Source: an uncultured delta proteobacterium
GTDB taxonomy: Bacteria; Desulfobacterota; Desulfobacteria; Desulfobacterales; UBA2156
DNA: 64,000 nt
Assembly (NCBI GenBank): GCA_963736855.1
Contig: CAVTQK010000009.1
Span: forward strand, 542,285 to 606,284
Direction: 5' to 3'
Numbering within the stretch: the stretch's first letter is position 1; each line of letters starts with the position of its first letter. Under the pieces are notes generated by a model. The model was given only the letters and a program-made list of their open reading frames with translations, was not told the DNA's origin and searched no databases. Below, one piece after another: positions 49,787 to 59,607 of the stretch. Both the position numbers and the translations under genes were made by a program.

Positions 49787-50299
49787 TTACTGCATGGTTT
49801 TGCGTTTCTCTTCAAGCTGGATATCCAGAAGCTTGAGCTTTTCTATAATATTTTTATGGTACAGGTTTTGCTGCTTCAAATCGTCGGCCCGTTGTTTAAG
49901 TTTTATGTTTTGCTGCCCCAGGGCCTCACCGCTGACGGCCCGGGCATCAAGCTGCTTTAAGAGAGACACCGCGTAGCGCGCATCCACCGACTCTTCAATT
50001 CCGGCATAGACCTCCATGTAAGAGATGGCTTTCTTATAGTCGGGGGATTGGTTCTCGGGATGCGAATGGAGTATGACCAGTAGAAAAAGGAGCCGTACCT
50101 TTTCCTCAGGTTTTACCGTCTGGGCCAGGTTCTGTTCGAGCCGGACGATCTCGCTCGAGATCATCCCCTTATCCACCGTTGGATAGGGCTCGGTCCTGGA
50201 TTGTATACGGGGGGCGCAGCCATCCAATAGTAGAGGGGCTGCGACGATCAGCAGTCCTAAAAAAAGCATCCCGAAACGGATATTTCTCTCCTGCCCCAT
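49787..50299 (-). CDS. lipoprotein with coiled-coil C-terminus
   Basis: MGQERNIRFGMLFLGLLIVAAPLLLDGC lipobox. Starts 20 nt after the stop of the GGDEF gene. Confidence 0.65.
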   Translation of the reverse strand: MGQERNIRFGMLFLGLLIVAAPLLLDGCAPRIQSRTEPYPTVDKGMISSEIVRLEQNLAQTVKPEEKVRLLFLLVILHSHPENQSPDYKKAISYMEVYAGIEESVDARYAVSLLKQLDARAVSGEALGQQNIKLKQRADDLKQQNLYHKNIIEKLKLLDIQLEEKRKTMQ

Positions 50300-50318
50300 T
50301 AACAGTTCCTGCAAACGA

Positions 50319-51707
50319 TCAATCGGGGTCGTTTTCCCGGCGATCCACCAGAAAGAGGCTGCCCGGAATGGTCTTGGCATACTCCTTAATTTCTGCCGCA
50401 ACCTCCCCGATCTTCACGCTGCTGATAGATCTCTGGTTCGTATTTATCACAACAGCAATGGAAATAGTCATGATGGGAAACTGCTCTGCATTTCCCTGCC
50501 GCGTCTTGGATGTTATATAACCTCTCGCCCTGTCTTCGGGATCATAGAACTCACCGACCTTTTTATCGAACATATCGATAATGGTTTGGCAGACAGGCCG
50601 GTATCGGTCCGGATGAACGATGATGGCAAAGTCGTCGCCGCCGATATGGCCTAAAAAGGCATTTTCATCTCCGTGCTCGGCAATGGCCGTCTCCAGAATT
50701 TTTCCTGTGCCCCTGATGACCTCATTGCCACGGGCATAACCATATCGGTCATTAAAAGATTTGAAGTTATCGATATCCACCAGGCAGAAGGCAAGTGCCT
50801 GCCTCTCCTTGAGCCGGGCATTCAGCACATTCTCTATGGCGATGCCGCCGGGCAGGCGGGTCAGTGGGCTGGCGTCTAAATCCATCATCTCCAGCCTTGC
50901 CAGCTTCTGGGCCATGGCGATAAAGGATTTGGCCAGCATTCCAAACTCGTCTTTCTGCTTGAGATCTGGAATAAAATCAAACTGCCGTTCAGAAAATTTT
51001 TCCGCGGCCAGTTTGAGCTGTCTAATGGAGCGCGACATGTTGCGCGTGATCAAATAAGCCGATCCGATGCCGATACAGATACCCAGGACCGACAACAGAG
51101 CTGCCACATGAAAGGCCCGTATGCTCGATATGTCGCTCTGCCTTGTCTTTTTCAACAGTCCGGCCCGTGCATCCTGGGCCATGACCTTGATGAGGTCAAA
51201 CTGGTCATCCAGGCTCTGCCGAAGCTGACCATCATAAACGGTGCTGGCTTTGTCAAGGGCACTTTTCGGAAGATTGAAAATCTCCATATAAAATGCATTA
51301 AACGTACCGTGCCGGGTCTCCAGCTCCTTGACGAGAGCTGCATCCAGTCCATCCACTTGACCCAGAACCTTTAGGGTATCTTCAATCTTGAAGCTTCGTG
51401 CCCAAAAGAGGTCCTTCATTTCATCACTTTTCATGATCAGGTAGCGACGGCCATAGGCCTCCTGGGCCAGCAGATCCTGGGTCATACTGTCCGCCGCCTC
51501 GATCACCACCATGTTATTGGCTACGATACTGCGGCTGATATTGCCCAGTTCGTTCAAGGTGGAAAGCGTATAGACCAATATCAGGATGATAATAACAGAC
51601 AGGGGAAGATAGGCAAGGGCCATTCGGGTAGCGATGGTCAACCCTAAAAAGCGGTCTACGATCCGGTTTTTAACATTAAAAAACAATGGCAATCGAATTG
51701 TATTCAT
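50319..51707 (-). CDS. membrane sensor protein with HAMP-like linker and GGDEF-family domain (GGDDF variant)
   Basis: Two TM segments flank a periplasmic region. PLTRLPGG..., CLVDIDNFKSFNDRYGYARGNEVI, GHIGGDDFAII. Confidence 0.8.
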   Translation of the reverse strand: MNTIRLPLFFNVKNRIVDRFLGLTIATRMALAYLPLSVIIILILVYTLSTLNELGNISRSIVANNMVVIEAADSMTQDLLAQEAYGRRYLIMKSDEMKDLFWARSFKIEDTLKVLGQVDGLDAALVKELETRHGTFNAFYMEIFNLPKSALDKASTVYDGQLRQSLDDQFDLIKVMAQDARAGLLKKTRQSDISSIRAFHVAALLSVLGICIGIGSAYLITRNMSRSIRQLKLAAEKFSERQFDFIPDLKQKDEFGMLAKSFIAMAQKLARLEMMDLDASPLTRLPGGIAIENVLNARLKERQALAFCLVDIDNFKSFNDRYGYARGNEVIRGTGKILETAIAEHGDENAFLGHIGGDDFAIIVHPDRYRPVCQTIIDMFDKKVGEFYDPEDRARGYITSKTRQGNAEQFPIMTISIAVVINTNQRSISSVKIGEVAAEIKEYAKTIPGSLFLVDRRENDPD

Positions 51708-52027
51708 GGGCGTTTATATCAGTCTGAAAAGCCGGCATCCCTGGTTTTTTGCTTGATCCGATTGCTGATGTTGAATGTTCTTCTTTTTATTAAACCTGAA
51801 AGTATAGAAATTTTCAAGCCTTTCATGGGCGGAGAACGACATGATTTCCCTGATCCGATTTGTCCCCTGGATGCTTTCTTTTGGATAACACCGGGCGAAA
51901 TTGGAACAGTGGGCCATGTTCAAATCATCAAAAATATCAATATGATGTCCGATAAATTCCGTTTGACATGAGATCTTCCTCCAGATCGCTACTGTCCCAA
52001 CATTATTCAAATAATTTCAATTGGTTA

Positions 52028-52320
52028 TCAGCTAGTAAATTTTGATTTATGTAAGGCATCTCTGTGAATGCTTATAAAATGGGCGTTTTTCTCTAATAGA
52101 GTCACGCTCAGAATCTGTAAAATGGTGTAGACGCTTTGATTCAATTTGAGAAGCTTTTTCACAATTGCGACCAGCACATAAACCCAGAGGTTACTGTTCA
52201 CCTACGATATGGAGGTGGCCAAATGAGCAAGCTGAAGATCCCTGAGCCGGATCTCCAGATCACTTTCTATCGTTGATTGGACAATGGTGGGTGTTGCACA
52301 ACTTGACTTGGATTTGGCTA
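52028..52320 (-). pseudogene. DDE transposase C-terminal remnant (IS4-family-like)
   Basis: The minus frame reads NLWVYVLVAIVKKLLKLNQSVYTILQILSVTLLEK(T/N).., resembling the conserved C-terminus of IS4-type transposases as I recall it. The upstream part is degenerate with stops. Confidence 0.35.
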
Positions 52321-52501
52321 GACGAGAGTCGCCCACAACGGACCGCTTTTACCGCATTGATGAAATTGCCGATTCGTCCTCCGATGAAGCAAAGGATTTT
52401 CGTGAAAATCTTCTGTCACGAATAGGTATCCGGGCTTAACCGATAACCCGGATATTTCACGAGTTGATTTGGTTTTAATTGCAGAGCGCCCGAAATGAAT
52501 A

Positions 52502-52718
52502 GGGGACGGTGACGAGATTGCCTCCACCTCCCGCGTTCGATAGATGTTTCCCTCGTGGAACCCCAAAGCCGGACTATAGAAATCATCCCCGGCACCGATC
52601 ACTTCTTTTCCGGGCAGATGAAAGTCCTCGAATCGGCATTGCGGCGACATCTTGAAGTTGGTCTTTCACCATCTTTTCCCTAAAGGAAATGCTTCGACGA
52701 AAAACTCACGAGATTTTG
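52502..52718 (+). pseudogene. right copy of the direct repeat: decayed duplicate of the hydrolase gene 3' end
   Basis: GDGDEIAS..R*MFPSWNPKAGL(frameshift)..PGTDHFFSGQMKVLES.. compared with the intact GDRDEIAP..REMIPSWNPNAGLEIIPGADHFFSGQMKTLES. Contains a TAG and a 1-nt insertion. Confidence 0.75.
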
Positions 52719-52962
52719 TCGGGAAATCCTCTTTAGGGATGCAAGAATTTACCTTACATTCTTTGATATAAACCGTGATTTGTTGGTTCATTATGAATTT
52801 GACATTGTTCACAATGTTTATGGGAAAAGGGTTTTATAATGCGGGATAGATCCAGGCGATATATTTCTCCCGAAAAATCAACAGCCTCCTGAAACGACAA
52901 AAAAGACGAAAGCCCCCTGAATCAAGATAAAAAGCCGTGGAATAAGGGAAAACAGATCCAAG

Positions 52963-53946
52963 TCATCCCTTGATCAAAGACATGAGATCGATTGCGTTGT
53001 TGAAATACTGCATGTCCGCCAACCGATATCCCGTCATACCGGTGTAAAGGTTCGGACCATGGAGATCTTCGAGACCTTGGCCGGGCGGTTTCAGGAGGAC
53101 CCAAGGTTCGATGGCGCTAAAAACATTTTGAATAGACGCCAAAGCCTCTCTTTCGAGGACCTGGACAGGAACATAGCGGGCCTCGCCGGTGACAGGGTGC
53201 CGATAGGATAGGGGCCGTGAGAACAGAGCCTCCGACCGCGGCTTTCGACAAGGGTAGAAGCTGGCAAGGGTCGTATCGAGGTTTATGCCGGGGAGCAGGT
53301 TCAAGGCGTCCAGCATTCCCTTGAGGGTTTTCTGGTCAAAGAGAGCTTGTAAGACGGCATGCATGTAAACGGATTTTTTCGCCATGACCCTATCTACAGT
53401 CCTGCCGGTGCCGTAAATCCTGGAGAGCAGTTCCATGAAAGCGGACCGGGAGATTTCGACGGCATTGAAAAAACGACCAAAGGTGGTGTTCGTCGAAAAA
53501 ATGCCTCTGGCTGCAAAGAAAAAATCCAGATACGTCTCCAGGGTATGATGCCGGGTTTGAGCCTTACGCCGCAAATTTTTATCGGGAGTGCGCGTAGTAC
53601 CGCTGAAATGACATATGAAAGGGTGAAATGCGGCGTCTGAAAAAATGTGTGTCGTGATGCCGGCAAGGAGAGACACGACCGATTCCATCGAGAGGAAATC
53701 CGGGTTTTTCAGTATCGGTAAAAAGCACTCGAAGGCGTTTTGCGCAGTATCGTGGATCCGTTCGGCCCGATCTCGTATCCCTGCCGCTCCTTTACCCCAT
53801 TGCACATAAAACGGGGAATCGAGGATCACAGCACCGCAAAAATAGAGGTTCTTATGCGATTCAATGATGCGTTTTAAAGGTGAGGCATCCCGCATACGCC
53901 GAAATGCGGTTTCTGCCAGTGTCCAGTGGGTGATCTCTTTAGGCAA
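52963..53946 (-). CDS. zinc-dependent phospholipase C-like family protein (tentative)
   Basis: 327-aa ORF with MPKEITHWTLAE N-terminus and His-rich motifs (HDTAQNAF, THIFSDAAFHPF). Family call is from memory only. Confidence 0.4.
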   Translation of the reverse strand: MPKEITHWTLAETAFRRMRDASPLKRIIESHKNLYFCGAVILDSPFYVQWGKGAAGIRDRAERIHDTAQNAFECFLPILKNPDFLSMESVVSLLAGITTHIFSDAAFHPFICHFSGTTRTPDKNLRRKAQTRHHTLETYLDFFFAARGIFSTNTTFGRFFNAVEISRSAFMELLSRIYGTGRTVDRVMAKKSVYMHAVLQALFDQKTLKGMLDALNLLPGINLDTTLASFYPCRKPRSEALFSRPLSYRHPVTGEARYVPVQVLEREALASIQNVFSAIEPWVLLKPPGQGLEDLHGPNLYTGMTGYRLADMQYFNNAIDLMSLIKG

Positions 53947-53978
53947 GGGAATCCCTCCTTTGACGACAGGGCTTGCGT

Positions 53979-54980
53979 CTAAATGTTTCCTCCGGGGTCA
54001 ATGAGGGGGGCCGGGACTTCTTTACCAAGCTGTACGATGATGATCCCGGCGACCACTAAGACCAGGGCCAGAATAATCTTTAAGGTTATCGGTTCGTTTA
54101 AAAGAAGCCCCCCCAATAAAACACCCGCCATGGGCATCAGGAAAATAAAAGAGTGAAGGGCGACGGCACCGTATCGTTTTAAAAGGTGAGTCCACGCGAC
54201 AAAGCCGAAAGCGGCGCAGATGATACTCTGATAGAACAGGGATCCGATGATTCGGGCATCGATGCGAGTGAACATTGCCGAGTCCCAAAGCCAGGCTTCC
54301 AGGAAAAAGAAGGGCACAGAAAAAACCATGGGAAAAAATACCAGTTGAAAGGGGTCAAACCCGGAAACGATCCGTTTCGTATAGACCCCGTTAATGGCCC
54401 ATAGGAATGCTGCGGACAGCATCATCAGGTCTCCGACTCGAAAACCGGAGGTGATCCCTTTGCTTTCCAGAAACACAAATGCCACTCCCAGGAAGCCCAG
54501 GAGAAGCCCAAAAAATTTCCTGGCGGTGATCCGGTCGCCGGGAATGAAAAAGTGAGCCAGAAAGAGCAGGAAAAAGGGTTGAAAATTCGACAAGAGCGTT
54601 CCCCGGGATGCGTAGGTCTTGCTGATCCCCAGATGAAACAGAGAGAGCTGGACCGTAAAAATTACGGAAAGGATCGACAAGGGTATCCGTTGCCCTTTTT
54701 GAAAGGAAATCTCCTGTTGCGTGGCCTGGGCCCAGAGCCATAGGGCGAAAGTGGCGACAGTGAACCGGATGGCCGCGGCCGTGAAGGGACCGACGCCCGC
54801 GACGCTGATTTTGATGGCGACGGCGTTGGCCCCGAACAGCAGGCAGATGAACGCTGTAAATAATGCGGCGATAGGCGGGAGTTTTGAGTTGGAAATATCG
54901 TCAGGTACCATAGGAATACGAATTTCCACCCGGGGGTTTGTTGAAAAAACCATTTTTTGGATGGGCGGTCGGGAATCCAA
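53979..54980 (-). CDS. EamA/DMT-family transporter
   Basis: About 10 predicted TM helices in two repeated halves, with typical Gly/Ala-rich helices. Stop is 1 nt from the upstream gene. Confidence 0.8.
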   Translation of the reverse strand: MDSRPPIQKMVFSTNPRVEIRIPMVPDDISNSKLPPIAALFTAFICLLFGANAVAIKISVAGVGPFTAAAIRFTVATFALWLWAQATQQEISFQKGQRIPLSILSVIFTVQLSLFHLGISKTYASRGTLLSNFQPFFLLFLAHFFIPGDRITARKFFGLLLGFLGVAFVFLESKGITSGFRVGDLMMLSAAFLWAINGVYTKRIVSGFDPFQLVFFPMVFSVPFFFLEAWLWDSAMFTRIDARIIGSLFYQSIICAAFGFVAWTHLLKRYGAVALHSFIFLMPMAGVLLGGLLLNEPITLKIILALVLVVAGIIIVQLGKEVPAPLIDPGGNI

Positions 54981-54982
54981 TT

Positions 54983-56338
54983 CTACTCCGGTACATGAGG
55001 AAAAGAGACTTTCCGGTCATCCAGGGTGCGGGCATAAATTTCAACGGCGTGATGCACCCGGACCCTTTCGTTTGACTTGGAGAGCATATCCGAAATCTGT
55101 AGCATACAGGCCGGGCATGACGTGGCCACCATTTTGCATTCGGTTGAGAGAATGGCGTCCCGTTTCTTTTTCCCGATTCGATCGGATATCTCGTAATAAG
55201 AAAGGTTGAAGCTGCCCCCCATGCCGCAGCACCAATCAGAAGCGGGCATCTCCTTGAGGCGATAGTCCGGATTGGAGCGAAGGAGGGTTCTGGGCTCTTC
55301 GGAGATACCCAGCGATTTTTTCAAATGGCAGGGATCGTGGTAGGTAACGCATTCCCCCTTAAGGTATTCCCCCTTGTCGCTGTTCGAAAGAGGCCGAGGG
55401 GTGGCGCCGGCCACCCTCACCAGAAACCAGCTGATATCCATCGTCTTTTCTGAAAGCGCCGCCACTTTGGAAAGGGTTTCAGGGGACATGCCGCTGATCT
55501 GTCGCATCATGACCGGCCAGATTTTCTTAATAGTCGCCGTGCAGGTGGCGCAGGCGGTAACCAGGTAATCGAACGAGACGCTTTCGAAACAAGACAGATT
55601 GTGGATGACGAGACGCTTGAAGGATTCCAGGTCCCCAGAGGAAAGGGCCGGAATGCCGCAGCATCCCATATCCCGGGGAATAACGAGGCCGACTTCGTGA
55701 TGGCGAAGCGCCCGGATCGACGCTTCGGCAACATTCGGGAAAATTTTGTCGATCAGGCAACCCACAAAGAAAAGGACCTTCGGACGACCTGTTTTCGGAC
55801 TCTCGTTAAGCTGTGGAAGGATTTTATGGAACGGCTTTTCGGCCAGCGGGACAAAATGCCGGTCTGAAAGCAAGGGCGACATCACCCTGGCGCAGGAGGT
55901 TCCTATGACATCGTTGACCGGTTTCGTGAAAAGCTTCTGGAGCTGTGCTCCCCATTCCGCCATCCGGTCAAAGAGCTTAGGTCGGGATAGCATCCCCCTG
56001 AAAAGGATCCTTTTCGCCGGTGAAAGGCCCATGTATCCTGTCAGGATGGCCCTTGCTTTGAGAAAGATTTCCAGGACGCTGACGCCACTGGGGCAATTGG
56101 CGGCACAGGAGCCGCATAGAAGGCAACGGTTGAGTCGCTCATAGGTGCCCTCGGCGTTCCTGAACATCTCCTGCATGAGGCCGTCCAGGAGGGCCAGTTT
56201 CCCTCTGGCCACATCCGCCTCACGACCGGTCTGCTCAAAGAGAGGACATACCGCCTGGCACATGCCGCAGCGCATGCAGACCACGAGCTGGTCCTCCAGT
56301 TCTTTCATGAGCCGGGCAAGGGCTTTCATATCGGTCAT
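54983..56338 (-). CDS. (Fe-S)-binding oxidoreductase subunit, GlcF/LutA-like (2x[4Fe-4S] plus two CCG domains)
   Basis: CMRCGMCQAVCP, CLLCGSCAANCP, GCCGIPAL, WCCGMGGSF..TSCPACMLQ. Confidence 0.85.
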   Translation of the reverse strand: MTDMKALARLMKELEDQLVVCMRCGMCQAVCPLFEQTGREADVARGKLALLDGLMQEMFRNAEGTYERLNRCLLCGSCAANCPSGVSVLEIFLKARAILTGYMGLSPAKRILFRGMLSRPKLFDRMAEWGAQLQKLFTKPVNDVIGTSCARVMSPLLSDRHFVPLAEKPFHKILPQLNESPKTGRPKVLFFVGCLIDKIFPNVAEASIRALRHHEVGLVIPRDMGCCGIPALSSGDLESFKRLVIHNLSCFESVSFDYLVTACATCTATIKKIWPVMMRQISGMSPETLSKVAALSEKTMDISWFLVRVAGATPRPLSNSDKGEYLKGECVTYHDPCHLKKSLGISEEPRTLLRSNPDYRLKEMPASDWCCGMGGSFNLSYYEISDRIGKKKRDAILSTECKMVATSCPACMLQISDMLSKSNERVRVHHAVEIYARTLDDRKVSFPHVPE

Positions 56339-56348
56339 GAAAGGATCC

Positions 56349-56663
56349 TTATCTGACTCCCAGGATTTTGCCGGGATTGAGGATGTTATTGGGGTCCAAG
56401 GCCTTGTCGAAGATGGCGGTGATGGTTCCTCCGCTCAGATTGGTGCCGGCGCCCCGAACGGTCAGTGGCATTCGGTTTTCATTGCAAAGTTTCACGGCCC
56501 AGCTTAAGGCTTCGCTTTCTAGAGGGCGAAGCACCAAAGCCGGCACCACCGGATGGAGAACCGCTGCGTCGTAAGAATAGGTCGCTCGATCGGTCTCATC
56601 GGCGAAGACATTTTCCGTGCCGAGTCGTTTTTCAAATTCTTTCAATAGAGCCGGGGAGATCAT
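56349..56663 (-). pseudogene. internally deleted FAD-linked oxidase (GlcD-like) mini-ORF
   Basis: MISPALLKEFEKRLG...LTVRGAGTNLSGGTI | TAIFDKALDPNNILNPGKILGV. N-terminal ~80 aa and C-terminal ~25 aa of a GlcD-type protein are joined in frame. GAGGGA RBS precedes ATG 56663. Confidence 0.6.
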
Positions 56664-56851
56664 TTTGAATCCCTCATGCTTTGAAGGTGAAATGGCTTTT
56701 ACCGGCAGTTGTATGAGGTGACAATTTATCCAAGGAATCTTCAAATCACAAGCTTTTCCTGCCGTCCCTTTTGATTTGACAAGCCGACAGCTGTTCTATA
56801 ACCATTAGGCGGATATAACCCCCAATTCAATCCATTCCTGAAGGAAAACCC

Positions 56852-57400
56852 ATGACTCCCGACCCGATGATTCAATTGATGAAGGAAAAGGCCGAAGCGG
56901 TTCAGGCCGTCGTTTTTCAGATCGGCGATTTTAAGGAAGCCGTCACCTATACGATCGACTTGACGAAAAGACAAAATGGCGGAACCATTGCGACAGGCGG
57001 GTTGAGCGAAGATCAGGAAGACGCCGTGCGGGAGGCGTGCGCCGAAGCGCACCTTACGCTTCTCCCTTTCCCCTTGAGGCCCCATGCAAATCAAATTCAC
57101 ACTTCTTTAACTCTAGCTGATTGGGGGATCGCCGAAACCGGCACCTTGGTGATCGATTCGATAAAAGAAGACATCCGGATCGCCACGATGCTGGCGGCGA
57201 CCCATGTGGCGGTTCTCCCGGCCTCTCGAATCAAACCCGATGCCGCCGCCTTAGAACGAGAAATCGACGGGATTCTAAAAAAGGACGCACCCGCTTATCT
57301 GGCGTTTATCACCGGCGCCAGCCGAACGGCGGATATCGAACGGGTTTTGGCGATCGGCGTCCACGGACCCAAGGAGCTGCACATTCTCATTACCGGTTAA
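56852..57400 (+). CDS. lutC: LutC/YkgG-family (LUD domain) protein
   Basis: 182 aa; ...ADWGIAETGTLVI...ITGASRTADIE..HGP motifs. Confidence 0.8.
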   Translation: MTPDPMIQLMKEKAEAVQAVVFQIGDFKEAVTYTIDLTKRQNGGTIATGGLSEDQEDAVREACAEAHLTLLPFPLRPHANQIHTSLTLADWGIAETGTLVIDSIKEDIRIATMLAATHVAVLPASRIKPDAAALEREIDGILKKDAPAYLAFITGASRTADIERVLAIGVHGPKELHILITG

Positions 57401-57441
57401 GGGAACCTGTTAGCCGAATTTCTCAAGCCAAGGAGCCTCCC

Positions 57442-59602
57442 ATGATTAAACCTCCATCGGATATGAAATCCTATAAAGAGCGGATCAGAAAGGCTTTAAC
57501 CGACCCGTTTCTTCGATCCGCCCTCGATAAATTCAACACCCAGTACCGGGAAAACCGCCCCAGGATTTATGCAGGGGTCGATTTCGAGGGGATCAGGGAC
57601 GAAATCGCAGCGGCAAAGGATGCATCCCTTCCCGCCCTGATGGATCTTTACGAGTCATTTAAAAAGAATGCGGAAGCATCCGGGGCCAAGGTGCATCTGG
57701 CCAGGGATGCCGAAGAAGCCAACCGGATCATTTCGGAGATCGCACGGGAAAACGGGGTAAAAAAAATCGTCAAATCCAAATCCATGACCGCCGAAGAAAC
57801 CTTTTTAAACGATCACCTTATCGAGGCCGGATATGAAGTCATTGAAACCGACCTGGGGGAGTGGATCATTCAGCTTCGGCATGAAGGCCCATCCCATATG
57901 GTCATGCCGGCCATTCATCTCTCCCGATACCAGGTGGGCGATCTTTTCGGCAAGGTTACCGGAAAGAAACAGGACTCGGAAAACATCGACAAACTGGTGA
58001 AAGTCGCCAGGGAAAAGCTTCGGCCGGCCTTTTTAACGGCCGATATGGGAATTTCAGGCGCCAATTTTGCGTTGGCCGACTCCGGTGCCCTTGGAATAGT
58101 CACCAATGAGGGGAACATGCGGCTGGTTACCACTCTCCCCTCCGTTCATGTGGCGCTGGTGGGGATTGAGAAGCTGGTGCCGAACCTCTCGTCGGCCCTT
58201 CGTATCCTAAAAGTGCTTCCCCGAAACGCCACCGGCCAGGCTATTACCTCTTATGTAACATGGATCAAGGGTGCCAACGAGTCTCTTTCCTCTCCATCCC
58301 ATCGAAAAATCATGCACATCGTATTTCTCGATAACGGCCGATTAGCTATGGCAAAGGATCCAATCTTTTCCGAAGCGCTCCGATGCATCCGGTGCGGCGC
58401 CTGCGCCAATGTCTGCCCCATCTACAGCAGAGTGGGAGGGCATCGTTACGGCCACGTTTACATCGGTGCCATTGGGCTGATCCTGACCCTTTTTTATCAT
58501 GGAAAGGAGAGCGATCGGGTCATTGTTCAAAATTGCCTCAACTGCCAGGCATGTAAAAGTGTCTGTCCGGCGGACATCGACCTTCCCTATCTGATCAAGA
58601 AGACGTATCGGCTGGTTCTCGATCAAGAGAACCGGAAGCCGGTAAAAAACATCCTTCTTTCGCGGATCCTGAAGAACCGGAAGTTGTTTCATTTTCTGCT
58701 GCGAAGGGCGTATCTGGCCCAGAAGCCGTTTGCCGCAGGGGATACCGTCATCCGCCATTTGCCCCATTTTTTTGAAAAGGCCCACGGGTTCAAGAGCCTT
58801 CCGGTGATTGCCAAAACACCCTTTCGAGACCGGTGGAAGAAAATTGCGCCCAAAGCTGAGGCTCCCGGTAAAACTGTCGCCCTTTTTGCCGGATGCGCCG
58901 TGGATTTCATCTATCCGGAGCAAGGAGAGTCTCTGTTCGAGATCCTTCAGAAGCAAAACGTCGGGCTGGTATTTCCCTTGGATCAAACCTGCTGCGGGCT
59001 TCCGGCCATGATGGCGGCCGAAGAAGAGACCGCCAAAGGAACTGGCGCGTCAAAATCTTGAAGCCTTCGCCGATGCAAAAGCGGAGCATATCCTGACGCT
59101 ATGCGCTTCCTGTGCTTCCCACCTTAAACACAACTACCCAAAGCTTCTGGGAGATTCACCGGAAGTCAAGGCTTTTACCGACAAAATCATCGATTTCAGT
59201 TCTTATATGATGAACATCCTGAAAGTCATACCCGAACAGTTTCTCCCCTCCGGGAAAAAGGTCGCTTACCACGCACCCTGTCATTTGTGCCGGGGATTGG
59301 GTATTCATCGGGAACCCAGGGAACTCATCACCGTCTGCGGGGCTTCTTATGTGCCGTCAAAAGATGAAGACGTCTGCTGTGGGTTCGGCGGATCCTACTC
59401 GGTGGATTTTCCGGAAATCTCCTCGGAAATCTTAAAGAAGAAATTGGACAACGTGGAGGCATCCGATGCGGAAATTCTGGTCACCGACTGCCCGGGCTGT
59501 GTCCTGCAATTGCGGGGCGGGATGGACAAGCGGGGCACAGGTGTGGAAGTCAAACACATCGCCGAGCTTTGCGCGCAATCCCTGAAATCTTCTGAACTCT
59601 GA
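57442..59602 (+). CDS. lutB: LutB-like iron-sulfur protein fused to LutA-like CCG domains; one frameshift near 59046-59050
   Basis: AAGGAG-ATG at 57442. CIRCGACANVCP and CLNCQACKSVCP. CCGLPAMMAAEEETAK joins ELARQNLEAF...HAPCHLCRG...VCCGFGGSY..TDCPGCVLQ (ORF 59207 frame). Confidence 0.85.
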
Positions 59603-59607
59603 AAGGC

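Noticed and set aside
51714-52010. 98-aa minus-strand ORF just upstream of the GGDEF sensor gene (and the opposite ORF 51753-51971)
   Set aside because: AT-rich with no recognisable motif, RBS or family. It lies next to a transposase remnant, so it may be degenerate sequence. The evidence is insufficient to call a gene.
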